This document shows, piece by piece, positions 27,006 through 35,907 of a DNA stretch of 64,000 bases. The notes below the pieces were generated by a model, which had not been told where the DNA came from, did not search any database, and worked only from the letters and a program-made list of their open reading frames with translations. The position numbers and the translations under genes were made by a program. The stretch is taken from NCBI GenBank assembly GCA_964360965.1, contig CAYHYM010000003.1, positions 29 to 64,028 of the forward strand. Reading direction: 5' to 3'. Position 1 is the stretch's first letter, and every line of letters starts with the position of its first letter. The stretch is from an uncultured Gammaproteobacteria bacterium (GTDB lineage Bacteria > Patescibacteriota > Microgenomatia > Daviesbacterales > UBA10151).

Positions 27006-27715
27006 CTTCCTCTAATAACTTTGACTAACTGTCTAAGACGATTTGGATCAAAATCTTCAGTTCCTGGGACAAGCAAACTGGTAGCTACTAAGAAAGCATC
27101 GGTATAAGGCATATAAACTTCTACGTTTTTGGGGGAGATGCCACTGGCGATAGCTAAAGGGTAATTACCAATAGCTTCTCTGAATATCCTAATTTTTTCT
27201 GGATCAGCCTCTTGTCCAGTGGCAGGACCAGAGGTAGTAATTACATCAGTATAGACCATAGTTTTTCTGGCAGCCTCACCTAACATATCTTTGGGAACTG
27301 GACGCTGATATTTAAAAGCTACCCCGCCAAAGTCTAATCCCTCCCAGCCACTATTCTCCCTTACCTTTTTATTTCTTTCTGCCATGACTTGCTCCTCCAA
27401 CCTCTCATCGACCTCGACATTATCGAACCATAAACCTGGTACTCCCTGGCTTAAATACCTAAATACCAAAGGTGTCTCTGCACCCAAATAATTTACTCCC
27501 ACCCAAAAATCAGGTATTTGCTGCTGAACTACCTGGTGTACATTCCACAGATTTCTATGATCCATCCCCCTCATGCTAATCAGGAACGCTCCATTGCAAC
27601 CAGTATCTTGAGCAATTCTGATATTATGTACTGCTTGAGTAACATTTTCTACATGAACAACAGACAAGATAGTATGTTCACTGGTAAAAACTTCTCTGAA
27701 ATTAGCCATCATCAC
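27002..27715 (-). CDS. BtpA/SgcQ-family TIM-barrel protein
   Basis: 237 aa. C-terminal VITTSGPATGQEADPEKIRIFREAIGNYPLAIASGISPKNVEV...DAFLVATSL matches the BtpA profile (vtGkaTG...PvlvGSGvtpeNv...DgaiVGtsfK). Confidence 0.55.
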   Translation of the reverse strand: MMMANFREVFTSEHTILSVVHVENVTQAVHNIRIAQDTGCNGAFLISMRGMDHRNLWNVHQVVQQQIPDFWVGVNYLGAETPLVFRYLSQGVPGLWFDNVEVDERLEEQVMAERNKKVRENSGWEGLDFGGVAFKYQRPVPKDMLGEAARKTMVYTDVITTSGPATGQEADPEKIRIFREAIGNYPLAIASGISPKNVEVYMPYTDAFLVATSLLVPGTEDFDPNRLRQLVKVIRGS

Positions 27716-27727
27716 CAGGAGTATAGG

Positions 27728-28750
27728 TTATTTATCCTTCATGCGCAAGACCGCAGTCACAGCTTTAATAATAGCCTCTTTGCCCAAGCCAAATTTTTCC
27801 ATTAGTTCACTGGGTTCTCCACTTTCTCCAAACCTATCTTCCACCCCTACTCTTTTAATTGGTACTGGATAATTTTCAGACAAAACTTCTGCTACTGCCC
27901 CACCTAAACCACCAATTATTTGGTGTTCTTCAACTGTTACTATTGCCCCACAATCTTTTGCAGCTTGTAGGATCGTCTTTTTATCCAAAGGTTTTAAGGT
28001 GTGGGAATTTATTACTCGAACACTTATTTTGTGCGATTCTAGCTCTTTTGCAGCCAATAGAGCCTGATAAACTAAAGGCCCACAGGCGATTAGACAAACA
28101 TCTAATCGTCCTGAGCGAACATCGTGAGTCGAGGGACCACCATCCCAGAGTACTTCAGCCCTACCTATCTCAAATGGCGAATCCTCTGTGGTGAATACAG
28201 GTGTTTTTTCTCTAGTAAATCTAAGATAAGTAGGCTTACCATTAAATGCTGCAGCAAGGGTGGCTTTCTTGGCTTCAATGCTATCACAAGGGGCAATCAC
28301 CATTATATTAGGCACAGCCCGCATGATGGCCATGTCTTCCAGTTGTTGATGAGTAGCCCCATCAGGACCAACAGAAATCCCGGCATGGGCTCCGGCAATC
28401 TTAACCGGCACATCGTTTATAGCAATGGTGGTTCTGATCTGTTCCCAATTTCTGCCTGGTGAGAAAGCAGCATATGATGAGATAAAAGGAATTTTGCCAT
28501 AATTGGCCATTCCTGCTGCCACTGTAGCCATCATTTGCTCTGCCACCCCAACTTCAATAAAACGATCAGGGAATTTTTCTTTAAAAAGAATAGACCTGGT
28601 AGACTCTGTTAAATCCGCACATAAAACCACTACCCTTTCATCCCTCTCTCCAGCCAAGACTAATCCCTCCCCATACCCTTCCCTGGTCGGTATTTGTTCA
28701 ATATCCTGATCAAATATTTTTGGATTAAGATGAGCGTTTTTGTTTACCAT
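27728..28750 (-). CDS. tkt: Transketolase, C-terminal subunit (pyrimidine-binding plus C-terminal domains)
   Basis: 340 aa, split-type transketolase B subunit. The partner N-terminal subunit is at 29636..30493. Confidence 0.9.
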   Translation of the reverse strand: MVNKNAHLNPKIFDQDIEQIPTREGYGEGLVLAGERDERVVVLCADLTESTRSILFKEKFPDRFIEVGVAEQMMATVAAGMANYGKIPFISSYAAFSPGRNWEQIRTTIAINDVPVKIAGAHAGISVGPDGATHQQLEDMAIMRAVPNIMVIAPCDSIEAKKATLAAAFNGKPTYLRFTREKTPVFTTEDSPFEIGRAEVLWDGGPSTHDVRSGRLDVCLIACGPLVYQALLAAKELESHKISVRVINSHTLKPLDKKTILQAAKDCGAIVTVEEHQIIGGLGGAVAEVLSENYPVPIKRVGVEDRFGESGEPSELMEKFGLGKEAIIKAVTAVLRMKDK

Positions 28751-28753
28751 ATT

Positions 28754-29260
28754 TTATCCCCACATATCTTTTAAAGCTGGAAATCTCTCAATATTTAATA
28801 AATCCATTAAAGCCAAGTTCCACCCAGTGTGTAATATCTCATGATCATTTAACCCATAAAGCATGGTAACTGCTGAAACTGGTTCTTGACTCCAAGGAAC
28901 TATAATAAGTTTGTTTGCAATATCATCATTAGAAAGTTCCTCTATCAGTTTTTTATCCAATTCCTGAAGTCTTTGTAATGCTTCTTCTCTGCTTAATGAT
29001 TTAAGGTTTTTATCATCACCAGAAACAAATTCTAATTTGCCGGTCTCCAATGCAATTACATAATCTCTCTCAGCTCCAATTTGATGACCCAAACTTTCCC
29101 TTATGGAGTCAGCTTTTCTGTCTGGATTATCAACCATTCTAAAATCTAGTTTATCTTCCGGAACTCTTTTATAGAATTCAATATTAATATTTCTATTGGT
29201 CAGAAACTGTGTAAGAAAACTTTTTACTTTAGAATTAGTAATTTTTTTAATTTCATCCAT
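28754..29260 (-). CDS. DinB/YfiT-like (DinB_2 superfamily) putative metal-dependent protein
   Basis: 168 aa. His at ~57 (ESLGHQIGAERDY) and H143/H147 (NDHEILHTGWN) fit the DinB_2 three-His/Asp pattern. Lies between the two tkt halves. Confidence 0.4.
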   Translation of the reverse strand: MDEIKKITNSKVKSFLTQFLTNRNINIEFYKRVPEDKLDFRMVDNPDRKADSIRESLGHQIGAERDYVIALETGKLEFVSGDDKNLKSLSREEALQRLQELDKKLIEELSNDDIANKLIIVPWSQEPVSAVTMLYGLNDHEILHTGWNLALMDLLNIERFPALKDMWG

Positions 29261-29280
29261 GTTTATATTCCTTACTTAAC

Positions 29281-29630
29281 TTGTCATCCCCGCGCAGGCG
29301 GGGATCCATTTAAATGACCTGACTATATAAATCAGACCATTCTGGATTAAACTTATTAATTAGCTTCATCTTCCAGTATCTTTTCCATTTCTTCATTTGT
29401 TTCTCTCTCAATATAGCATCATTAATATTCTGATGCTGTTCATAATACACCAGTTCATGTACTCCATATTTTTCAGTAAATCCCTTCACTAAATTATTTT
29501 TATGTTCCCAAACCCTTCTTACCAAATTATCTGTTACTCCTATGTAAAAAGTCCCGTTTTTTCCGCTAGCCAGTATATAAACATAATATTCCATTTGTTA
29601 AGTGGATTCCTGCTTTCGCAGGAATGACAA
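29281..29630. mobile_element. GIY-YIG nuclease cassette bounded by ~27-bp hairpin-containing inverted repeats
   Basis: Left end 29281..29307 TGTCATCCCCGCGCAGGCGGGGATCCA. Right end 29603..29630 reverse-complements to TTGTCATTCCTGCGAAAGCAGGAATCCA. Each end is itself an 8-bp-stem hairpin. The element occupies exactly the gap between the tktN stop and the DinB-like start. Confidence 0.5.
29310..29594 (-). CDS. Stand-alone GIY-YIG nuclease-family protein
   Basis: 94 aa. MEYYVYILASGKNGTFYIGVTDNLVRRVWEH...KYGVHELVYYE has GIY/YIG and the conserved Arg/Glu. Confidence 0.8.
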   Translation of the reverse strand: MEYYVYILASGKNGTFYIGVTDNLVRRVWEHKNNLVKGFTEKYGVHELVYYEQHQNINDAILREKQMKKWKRYWKMKLINKFNPEWSDLYSQVI

Positions 29631-29635
29631 AATCA

Positions 29636-30493
29636 CTATTCATGTTCGCCTTTGATCTTGCCACCTAGTGTCCTTAGTTGATGTAGAGCTTTTTTGGCTT
29701 CCTCAGGATTTGGTGGCTTGCTATGCCAAGCTGGATTCCACTCCATGAAATCAACTCCTTTTCCTGGAATTGTGTGAGCAATAATCACAGAAGGTTTACC
29801 ATATTCAGATTTGGCATGACCCACAGCATCCGTGAACTCCACAATGTTATGACCATCAACATGCAAAACATGCCAACCAAAAGCCTCATACTTCTCAACC
29901 AAAGGCTCAAGCGGCATCACATCTTCTGTATGGCCGTCTATTTGAATATTGTTTCTATCAACTACAACTATTAAGTTTGACAGTTTGTATTTGCCGGCAA
30001 AAAGTACTGCCTCCCAGTGATTACCAGCATCATGCTCCCCATCAGAACAGATACAATAAACCCAAAATCTTTTTTTATCCATCCTGGCAGCATATGCATA
30101 ACCTGAAGCTTGGGCAAGGCCAGAGCCTAATGGTCCAGATGTTGTCTCAACTCCAGGCAATTTGGTTCTTTCAGGATGACCCTGTAACCTAGTTCCAAGT
30201 TTTCTGAATGTTTTAAGTTCTTCAATGGGAAAATACCCAGAATGAGCCATGGCCACATACCTGACCGGACAAATATGGCCATTGGATAAAAATAATCTAT
30301 CTCTCTCTTCCCATTCTGGATTTTTTGGATCATGGTTTAAGATATTAAAATAAAAGGCAGTGAAAATATCTGCCATCCCCAAAGGTCCTGCAGAGTGCCC
30401 AGACCCTGCCTCAAGGAGCATCTTGATAATATCCTGGCGAATTTCATTAGCTTTTTCCTCTAACTGGTGGATGTCATGACTTAAGATGGACAT
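29636..30493 (-). CDS. tkt: Transketolase, N-terminal (thiamine-diphosphate-binding) subunit
   Basis: 285 aa. GSGHSAGPLGMADIFTAFYF, GDG...N motif region CSDGEHDAGNHWEA. Confidence 0.9.
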   Translation of the reverse strand: MSILSHDIHQLEEKANEIRQDIIKMLLEAGSGHSAGPLGMADIFTAFYFNILNHDPKNPEWEERDRLFLSNGHICPVRYVAMAHSGYFPIEELKTFRKLGTRLQGHPERTKLPGVETTSGPLGSGLAQASGYAYAARMDKKRFWVYCICSDGEHDAGNHWEAVLFAGKYKLSNLIVVVDRNNIQIDGHTEDVMPLEPLVEKYEAFGWHVLHVDGHNIVEFTDAVGHAKSEYGKPSVIIAHTIPGKGVDFMEWNPAWHSKPPNPEEAKKALHQLRTLGGKIKGEHE

Positions 30494-30498
30494 ATTTT

Positions 30499-31158
30499 TT
30501 AAATTGTAAAGGCATTTTCCCCATCACTGGTCACTGCAAGATGGGCATGTTTGCCTTCTTTAATTTCTTTACCAAATTGAGTAATATTTACCAGTACCTC
30601 ATGTGGAGAATTGGCAATTTTAAAAACCAGCAGGTCATCCCCTCTTAAATTCATATTTTTTTTAAAAGCTTCAATAATCTCATGCCAAAATGATCCATAT
30701 AAAATCAAGGGTTTGTGATGGCCAAAATATAATCTGGCCAGCCCCCAGGCCATGCCAAATTCAGAAATGGTGCCAGTCCCACCATTAAAAATAACATAAA
30801 CCTGTCCTCTTTCCAAAAGTTTTAGTGTTCTTTCCACATAATTTTGAGTTATAACTTCCTCATCAACATTATTTTGTGGATCTTTTCCTTCAAAATTTGG
30901 TATCTGTTTGGGATAAAAAGTCACTCCCACAACTTTTCCTCCACCTGCCTTTGCCCCATTGGTGGCAGCCAGCATCACTCCCGGACCACCTCCATTAACC
31001 ACCAAATATCCATTTCCAGCTAAAGTTTTTGCCACCCCGTATGCATCTTTATAAAGCAGGTCTTCCTCTTTGGCATCGGCAAAACCAAAAATAGCCACCC
31101 TGTCAATTATATCCGGTTTTTGATGATCCAAAGCATTGTTGCATCCAAAATTATCCAT
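30499..31158 (-). CDS. LOG-family (TIGR00730) nucleotide-binding protein / cytokinin riboside 5'-monophosphate phosphoribohydrolase-like
   Basis: 219 aa. VVNGGGPGVMLAATNGAKAGGGKVVGV and FNGGTGTISEFGMAW. Confidence 0.8.
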   Translation of the reverse strand: MDNFGCNNALDHQKPDIIDRVAIFGFADAKEEDLLYKDAYGVAKTLAGNGYLVVNGGGPGVMLAATNGAKAGGGKVVGVTFYPKQIPNFEGKDPQNNVDEEVITQNYVERTLKLLERGQVYVIFNGGTGTISEFGMAWGLARLYFGHHKPLILYGSFWHEIIEAFKKNMNLRGDDLLVFKIANSPHEVLVNITQFGKEIKEGKHAHLAVTSDGENAFTI

Positions 31159-31822
31159 GGGTTGCCTCCAATATTTTTCTTAAACCTTCTTCCAGATTAT
31201 CATATTTGAAAAGAGCGCCGCCCAAAACCAGATAATCTGCGCCGGCACCGTATAAAACTTTGACATTAGTTTCATTAATTCCCCCATCTACCCCGATGAT
31301 CAAATCCGGCCTCAAGGTTTTTAGCTGTCCAATTTTGGGTACAACTTGCGGGATAAATTCTTGACCTCCAAAACCAGGATTTACACCCATCACCAGCACC
31401 ACATCAAGATCATACAAATATGGTTCAACTAGGTCAACAGCAGTTTCCGGATTTAATGATAATCCCACCTCTATACCGTGATTTTTAATATGTTTAATTC
31501 TTTCTTTAACGCCCTCCGTATCTTCTACCGGAAAAATTATTCTATCTACTTTAATTTTTACCAGTTCATCAATCCAATTTTCCGGATATTCCACCATCAG
31601 TTGCGCTTCCAGTTTTAAACTGGTTGGGTATTTTGCAATAATATCAGGCCCAATACTTTCATTTTGAACAAATTTATTATCCATGAGGTCAATTTGTACC
31701 CATCCTTTGGCCCCAGGGCTAGTCCTTATTTTATTAAGCTTTTCTTTATACTCTTCTTCAGATGTAGCCAAAATAGCTGGAATAATTTGAATCATTTGGT
31801 ATAGTTTAGTGTTTCTCCTCAA
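31151..31822 (-). CDS. rpe: Ribulose-phosphate 3-epimerase
   Basis: 223 aa. QIDLMDNKFV, VMGVNPGFGGQEF, GVDGGIN. Confidence 0.9.
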   Translation of the reverse strand: MRRNTKLYQMIQIIPAILATSEEEYKEKLNKIRTSPGAKGWVQIDLMDNKFVQNESIGPDIIAKYPTSLKLEAQLMVEYPENWIDELVKIKVDRIIFPVEDTEGVKERIKHIKNHGIEVGLSLNPETAVDLVEPYLYDLDVVLVMGVNPGFGGQEFIPQVVPKIGQLKTLRPDLIIGVDGGINETNVKVLYGAGADYLVLGGALFKYDNLEEGLRKILEATHG

Positions 31823-32252
31823 CTTCCTTCATTTCATTCAGTCTTCTAATATGGCGTTCCTCTCCATTAAACTCTGTTTTCAAAAAAGCTTTAACAATCT
31901 CATATAAGTGCTGGTCATCCAAAGTATCAGCAGCAAGGGATATAACATTGGCGTCCTCATGCTCTCTTGCCTGAATAGCCCGGGGAACATCAAAAACTAA
32001 GGCTGATCTGATACCTTTAATTTTATTGGCCACCATATCCACTCCTGCCCCAGATCCGCACAAAATTATGCCGCGGTTACCAATATCACCAACCACAGCC
32101 TCAGCCACACTACTCGCAAAATCAACATAATCATCTTGCGGATCTAAATGATCATTTCCCAAATCAGTCACCTTATATCCATCATCCAAAAGTCTTTTTA
32201 GAAGCCTTTCTTTTAGCTCAAACCCTCTATGATCAGCCCCCAAATAAATCAT
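31806..32252 (-). CDS. rpiB: Ribose-5-phosphate isomerase B (RpiB/LacAB family)
   Basis: 148 aa. MIYLGADHRGFELK...ILCGSGAGVDMVANK. Confidence 0.85.
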   Translation of the reverse strand: MIYLGADHRGFELKERLLKRLLDDGYKVTDLGNDHLDPQDDYVDFASSVAEAVVGDIGNRGIILCGSGAGVDMVANKIKGIRSALVFDVPRAIQAREHEDANVISLAADTLDDQHLYEIVKAFLKTEFNGEERHIRRLNEMKEVEEKH

Positions 32253-32512
32253 TTACTACCTCCTACAATTTCCAAGACCTCATCCAGTTTTGTTTTGTCA
32301 AAGCCCAATATGGTAATTGGAGAACTGCCATCTTTTTTGATAACAGTAAAAGGCACTCCCATCTGTCCTGAAATTTTAACCATCTCCTCTGCCTCTTTTG
32401 GGTCTTGATCAACGTAAATTTCCTCAAATTTTATACCTTTGCTGTTTAAATATTCTGTCTCCATTTTACAAAAGGGACAGGTTGTAGTTTTATATATTTT
32501 CACACTAACCAT
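32249..32512 (-). CDS. Glutaredoxin-like small redox protein
   Basis: 87 aa, thioredoxin fold with TCPFC active site. Confidence 0.7.
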   Translation of the reverse strand: MVSVKIYKTTTCPFCKMETEYLNSKGIKFEEIYVDQDPKEAEEMVKISGQMGVPFTVIKKDGSSPITILGFDKTKLDEVLEIVGGSK

Positions 32513-32574
32513 TTAAATACCTCCCTTCTATATTATTGTATCATGATAGATTTTTGATGTGGTAAACTGATCTT

Positions 32575-33357
32575 ATGTATCTACTTTTTGATATTGGGGG
32601 AACAAAAATAAGATTAACTACATCTGACGGTAAAACCATTAACTCTCCTCAGGTTTCACCAACTCCCATAAACTATCAAGATGGTCTTAAAATTTTTAGA
32701 AATTTTATAAAAGATAAAAAAGTAACAGCTGTCTCAGGAGGAATACCCGGTCCTCTTGATCATCAAAAAACAAAACTGGAAGACTCTCCCCAACTGCCAA
32801 ATTGGATAAATAAGCCTTTAAAGATAGACCTTTCAAAAATTATCAAAGCTCCTGTTTTTTTGGAAAATGATGCGGCGTTGGCAGGACTGGGAGAAGCCAT
32901 ACGAGGCGGCGGTAAAGGTTATTCTGTGGTGGCATATTTAACAGTGAGCACCGGAGTAGGGGGAGCAAAAATAGTTGATGGCAGAATTGATAAAAATGTT
33001 CATGGTTTTGAACCAGGACAGATGATGGTCAAAGACGGAAAACTGGGCCAGTTTGTCTCCGGTATGGCTCTGGAGAAAAAATATAAAATGAAGCCCGAAC
33101 AAATAAAAGATCCAAAGATATGGGGTAAGGTGGCAAAAGTCTTGGCAGAAGGAATAAACAATTTAATACTTGACTGGTCACCTAATGTTGTTGTTTTGGG
33201 AGGATCAATCATGAAAAGCATAGATATTAAAAAAGTAGAAAAATATTTAAGGTCAGATTTAACAATTTATAAAGACATCCCTTCTCTAAAACTGGCTTCT
33301 TTGGAGAATTTGAGCGGTCTTTATGGAGCTTTGGAATATTTAAAGCAGATGCTCTAA
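32575..33357 (+). CDS. ROK-family sugar kinase (glucokinase-like)
   Basis: 260 aa. MYLLFDIGGTKIRL, ENDAALAGLGEA. Confidence 0.8.
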   Translation: MYLLFDIGGTKIRLTTSDGKTINSPQVSPTPINYQDGLKIFRNFIKDKKVTAVSGGIPGPLDHQKTKLEDSPQLPNWINKPLKIDLSKIIKAPVFLENDAALAGLGEAIRGGGKGYSVVAYLTVSTGVGGAKIVDGRIDKNVHGFEPGQMMVKDGKLGQFVSGMALEKKYKMKPEQIKDPKIWGKVAKVLAEGINNLILDWSPNVVVLGGSIMKSIDIKKVEKYLRSDLTIYKDIPSLKLASLENLSGLYGALEYLKQML

Positions 33358-33386
33358 TAAAAATTGAATGACTGCGGCTTTATCGC

Positions 33387-33402
33387 CAAATTCGAATTTG
33401 GA
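33387..33402. terminator. Bidirectional hairpin between the convergent ROK kinase gene and tRNA-Gln
   Basis: Perfect 16-bp palindrome CCAAATTCGAATTTGG, weak flanking T/A tracts. A near-twin AT-rich palindrome occurs at 61417..61432. Confidence 0.4.
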
Positions 33403-33409
33403 ACTCTAG

Positions 33410-33480
33410 CTGCGGAGCAGGGATTCGAACCCCAATACCGACATTCAGAGTGTCGTGTCCTACCATTAGACGACTCCGCA
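33410..33480 (-). tRNA. tRNA-Gln (anticodon CUG), no encoded 3' CCA
   Basis: Minus-strand read UGCGGAGUCGUCUAAUGGUAGGACACGACACUCUGAAUGUCGGUAUUGGGGUUCGAAUCCCUGCUCCGCAG. 7-bp acceptor stem (U1:A72 as in E. coli tRNA-Gln), D-arm GUCUAAUGGUAGGAC, anticodon loop CUCUGAA, T-loop UUCGAAU. The 3' end is followed by TAG, not CCA. Confidence 0.85.
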
Positions 33481-33509
33481 ATATTTTGAAATTATATCAG
33501 ATTTTTACA

Positions 33510-34883
33510 TCACTCGGGGAATTTGCGAAGAAAAAAGCCCACTGCTCTTAATCTTACCATAGTTTCCTCTTCTCCCAAAATTTTAATGCTTTCAAATAAG
33601 GGTGGAGTAACAGTTTGTCCTGAAATGGCTACTCTGATTAACTGAAAAGTTTGAGTAGCAGATAAACCATGTTCTTCGCCAAATTGCCTAAATCTCTTTT
33701 CAAAATCATCAGGACTCCAAGGTCTTTTCATTTTTTCCAGAGTTTCCAGTATACCTCGCATAATACTTTTTAAATCTTGAGATTCTTCGCGGAGTTTACA
33801 CTGAGCGAAGCGAATGTGCTCAGAATGACGTACGAGGATCTTTTTAAAAACATCCTTTTTATATTCCGGTTTTTCAAAAAGAAAATCAGTCAGTGGCACA
33901 AAATCAGATAACTTTTTAATCCTCTCTTTTATTAAAGGGACAACTGGTGCAATTTTTTCCTTATTGGGATGACCCGCTTCGTCTGCGTAGCGAGGCGAGT
34001 CTACCAAGAACTCCTGCAGTCTTTGGGTTAACTCTTTATCAGACATCGCTCTTATATACTCCCCATTCATCCACTCCAATTTAGTTAAATCAAAAACTGC
34101 TGCTGAGCTGTTAATATCTTTGATCTTAAAAAGTGAAGTCATCTCTTCTAAACTTAATAACTCCTTAGCTTGTGGTGGCATCCATCCTAAAAGTGCCAAA
34201 AAGTTAACCAAGGCTTCTGGCAAAAATCCATCTTTTTTAAAATCTAACACCCCAATGCTGCCGTGTCTTTTGGATAGTTTACTTCTGTCTGTTGCTAAAA
34301 TATTGGGAAAATGTCCAAATTGGGGTAAAGCCCAGCCAAAGGCTTGATAAAGCATAATGTGCTTGGGGGTTGATGAAATCCAGTCTTCGCCTCGAAGTAC
34401 ATGAGAGATATCCATTAAATGATCATCCACCACACTGGCCAAATGATAAGTAGGGAAACCATCAGATTTTAAAATTACAAAATCCTCCTGAATACTATTG
34501 TCAAACTCAATTTTCTTATTTCCCACTAAATCTATCCAGGAAGTTTTACCGCTCTTTGGGGTTTTGAAATAGATAGCTTCATCTTGCTCATAGCTTAAGT
34601 CTTTATCCACCAGTTTTTTTGCATGCTCTTTATAAAAAGAGAGTCGTTCAGATTGTAAGATCGGACCTTCATCCCAATTAAGCTTTAACCATTTTAAACT
34701 CTCATAAATTGCTTCATAACTTTCCCTGACCTCTCTTTTTTTATCAGTATCTTCAACCCGTAAGATAAACTTACCATTTTGGCTTTTGGCAAAAAGAAAA
34801 TCAAACAAAGCAGTTCTAATATTGCCTACATGTGGATTACCGGTTGGTGACGGAGCAAATCTAACCCTGATCATAGTGTCCAT
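33510..34883 (-). CDS. gltX: Glutamyl-tRNA synthetase
   Basis: Start placed at MDTMIRVRFAPSPTGNPHVGNIRTALF (HIGH-class motif); the track ORF extends further to 34982. KLSKRHG (KMSKS). Carries GC-rich in-frame modules at 33801..33823 and 33973..33999. Confidence 0.9.
   Translation of the reverse strand: MDTMIRVRFAPSPTGNPHVGNIRTALFDFLFAKSQNGKFILRVEDTDKKREVRESYEAIYESLKWLKLNWDEGPILQSERLSFYKEHAKKLVDKDLSYEQDEAIYFKTPKSGKTSWIDLVGNKKIEFDNSIQEDFVILKSDGFPTYHLASVVDDHLMDISHVLRGEDWISSTPKHIMLYQAFGWALPQFGHFPNILATDRSKLSKRHGSIGVLDFKKDGFLPEALVNFLALLGWMPPQAKELLSLEEMTSLFKIKDINSSAAVFDLTKLEWMNGEYIRAMSDKELTQRLQEFLVDSPRYADEAGHPNKEKIAPVVPLIKERIKKLSDFVPLTDFLFEKPEYKKDVFKKILVRHSEHIRFAQCKLREESQDLKSIMRGILETLEKMKRPWSPDDFEKRFRQFGEEHGLSATQTFQLIRVAISGQTVTPPLFESIKILGEEETMVRLRAVGFFLRKFPE
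33973..33999. repeat. Family-C module (CCCGCTTCG...GCGAGGCGAG) in-frame in gltX
   Basis: GACCCGCTTCGTCTGCGTAGCGAGGCGAGTCTACC encodes SPRYADEAGH. The related copy in miaA (54029..54050) encodes SPRCEAGH. A second gltX module at 33801..33823 is CTGAGC-GAAGCGAATGTG-GCTCAG. Confidence 0.55.
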
Positions 34884-34917
34884 ATTATATCTTCGATTTC
34901 TGTATAATAGAAGGGGT

Positions 34918-35907
34918 ATGACTCTAACTGCCGTTGCCAGAATAACACGCTGGACACTTTTTTTTATTATCATATTTTCCATCCTTTCTTTGGGTGGGTT
35001 TGCGGCCTATCGGATATGGTATAACAATTACCTAACATCCCTTCCTTTGGTTGAAGAAAAACCAGATACTAAATTTGGAATACTGCCATATCCTGATTTT
35101 AAAAAAAGTGATGTTTCTTCCTCCAATTTTTCCTACTCGCTGGATACTGTAACAGGAGGCTTACCAGCTTTTGAAAAAATTATCAAAGTTTATTTTATTC
35201 CCAAATCATATGTCAGCTTTCTTGCCCCGGAAAAAGCTGAAAGTTTGGCCCGGCAATTTGAGTTAGATACACAACCTGAAATTTTATCCGAAACCAAATA
35301 CATATTTAAAAAAAATGACAAGAGTTTAACTTTAGATACTGACAGCGGAAATTTTATTTTTGAGAGGGAAGCAACAGCAGCAGCTCGAGCACCTGCGGAT
35401 GATGAACAAAAGCTGATCCAAGATTTTAAAAATTTACTGGAAAAACAGCAGCTACTTTCGGAAGAGTTAAAAAAAGGGCCACATAAAATTAAATATCTGG
35501 AGGATCAAACAATGGATATTTCTCTTTGGCAGGAAAATATTGAGGATAAACCAATAGCCAACCCCACTTTTATCCATTCTTTAGTCAGGGCAAAAGTGCT
35601 GGGATCCGCATTGGATATTAAAAATTATTTATCTTTAAATTATACCTGGTGGAAGGTTGATAAAAATACTTTTGCCACATATCCAATAAAAACAGCTCAG
35701 CAAGCATATGAAGATTTAAAATCAGGCAAAGCCTCCATTGTAATAAACCCTTCTCAACCTCAAGTTTCCATCACTTCAGTATACCTTGGATATTATCTTA
35801 GTGAAAATTACACTCCCTATCTGATGCCAATCTTTATTTTTGAAGGACCTTCCTTTGTGGCATATGTACCAGCTATTTCCGGACAATTTATTGAGCAGGC
35901 CAGATAA
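34918..35907 (+). CDS. Hypothetical membrane-anchored/exported protein
   Basis: Start placed at MTLTAVARITRWTLFFIIIFSILSLGGFAAY (SD GAAGGGG upstream); the track ORF starts at 34786. Divergent from gltX with a 34-bp gap. Confidence 0.5.
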   Translation: MTLTAVARITRWTLFFIIIFSILSLGGFAAYRIWYNNYLTSLPLVEEKPDTKFGILPYPDFKKSDVSSSNFSYSLDTVTGGLPAFEKIIKVYFIPKSYVSFLAPEKAESLARQFELDTQPEILSETKYIFKKNDKSLTLDTDSGNFIFEREATAAARAPADDEQKLIQDFKNLLEKQQLLSEELKKGPHKIKYLEDQTMDISLWQENIEDKPIANPTFIHSLVRAKVLGSALDIKNYLSLNYTWWKVDKNTFATYPIKTAQQAYEDLKSGKASIVINPSQPQVSITSVYLGYYLSENYTPYLMPIFIFEGPSFVAYVPAISGQFIEQAR

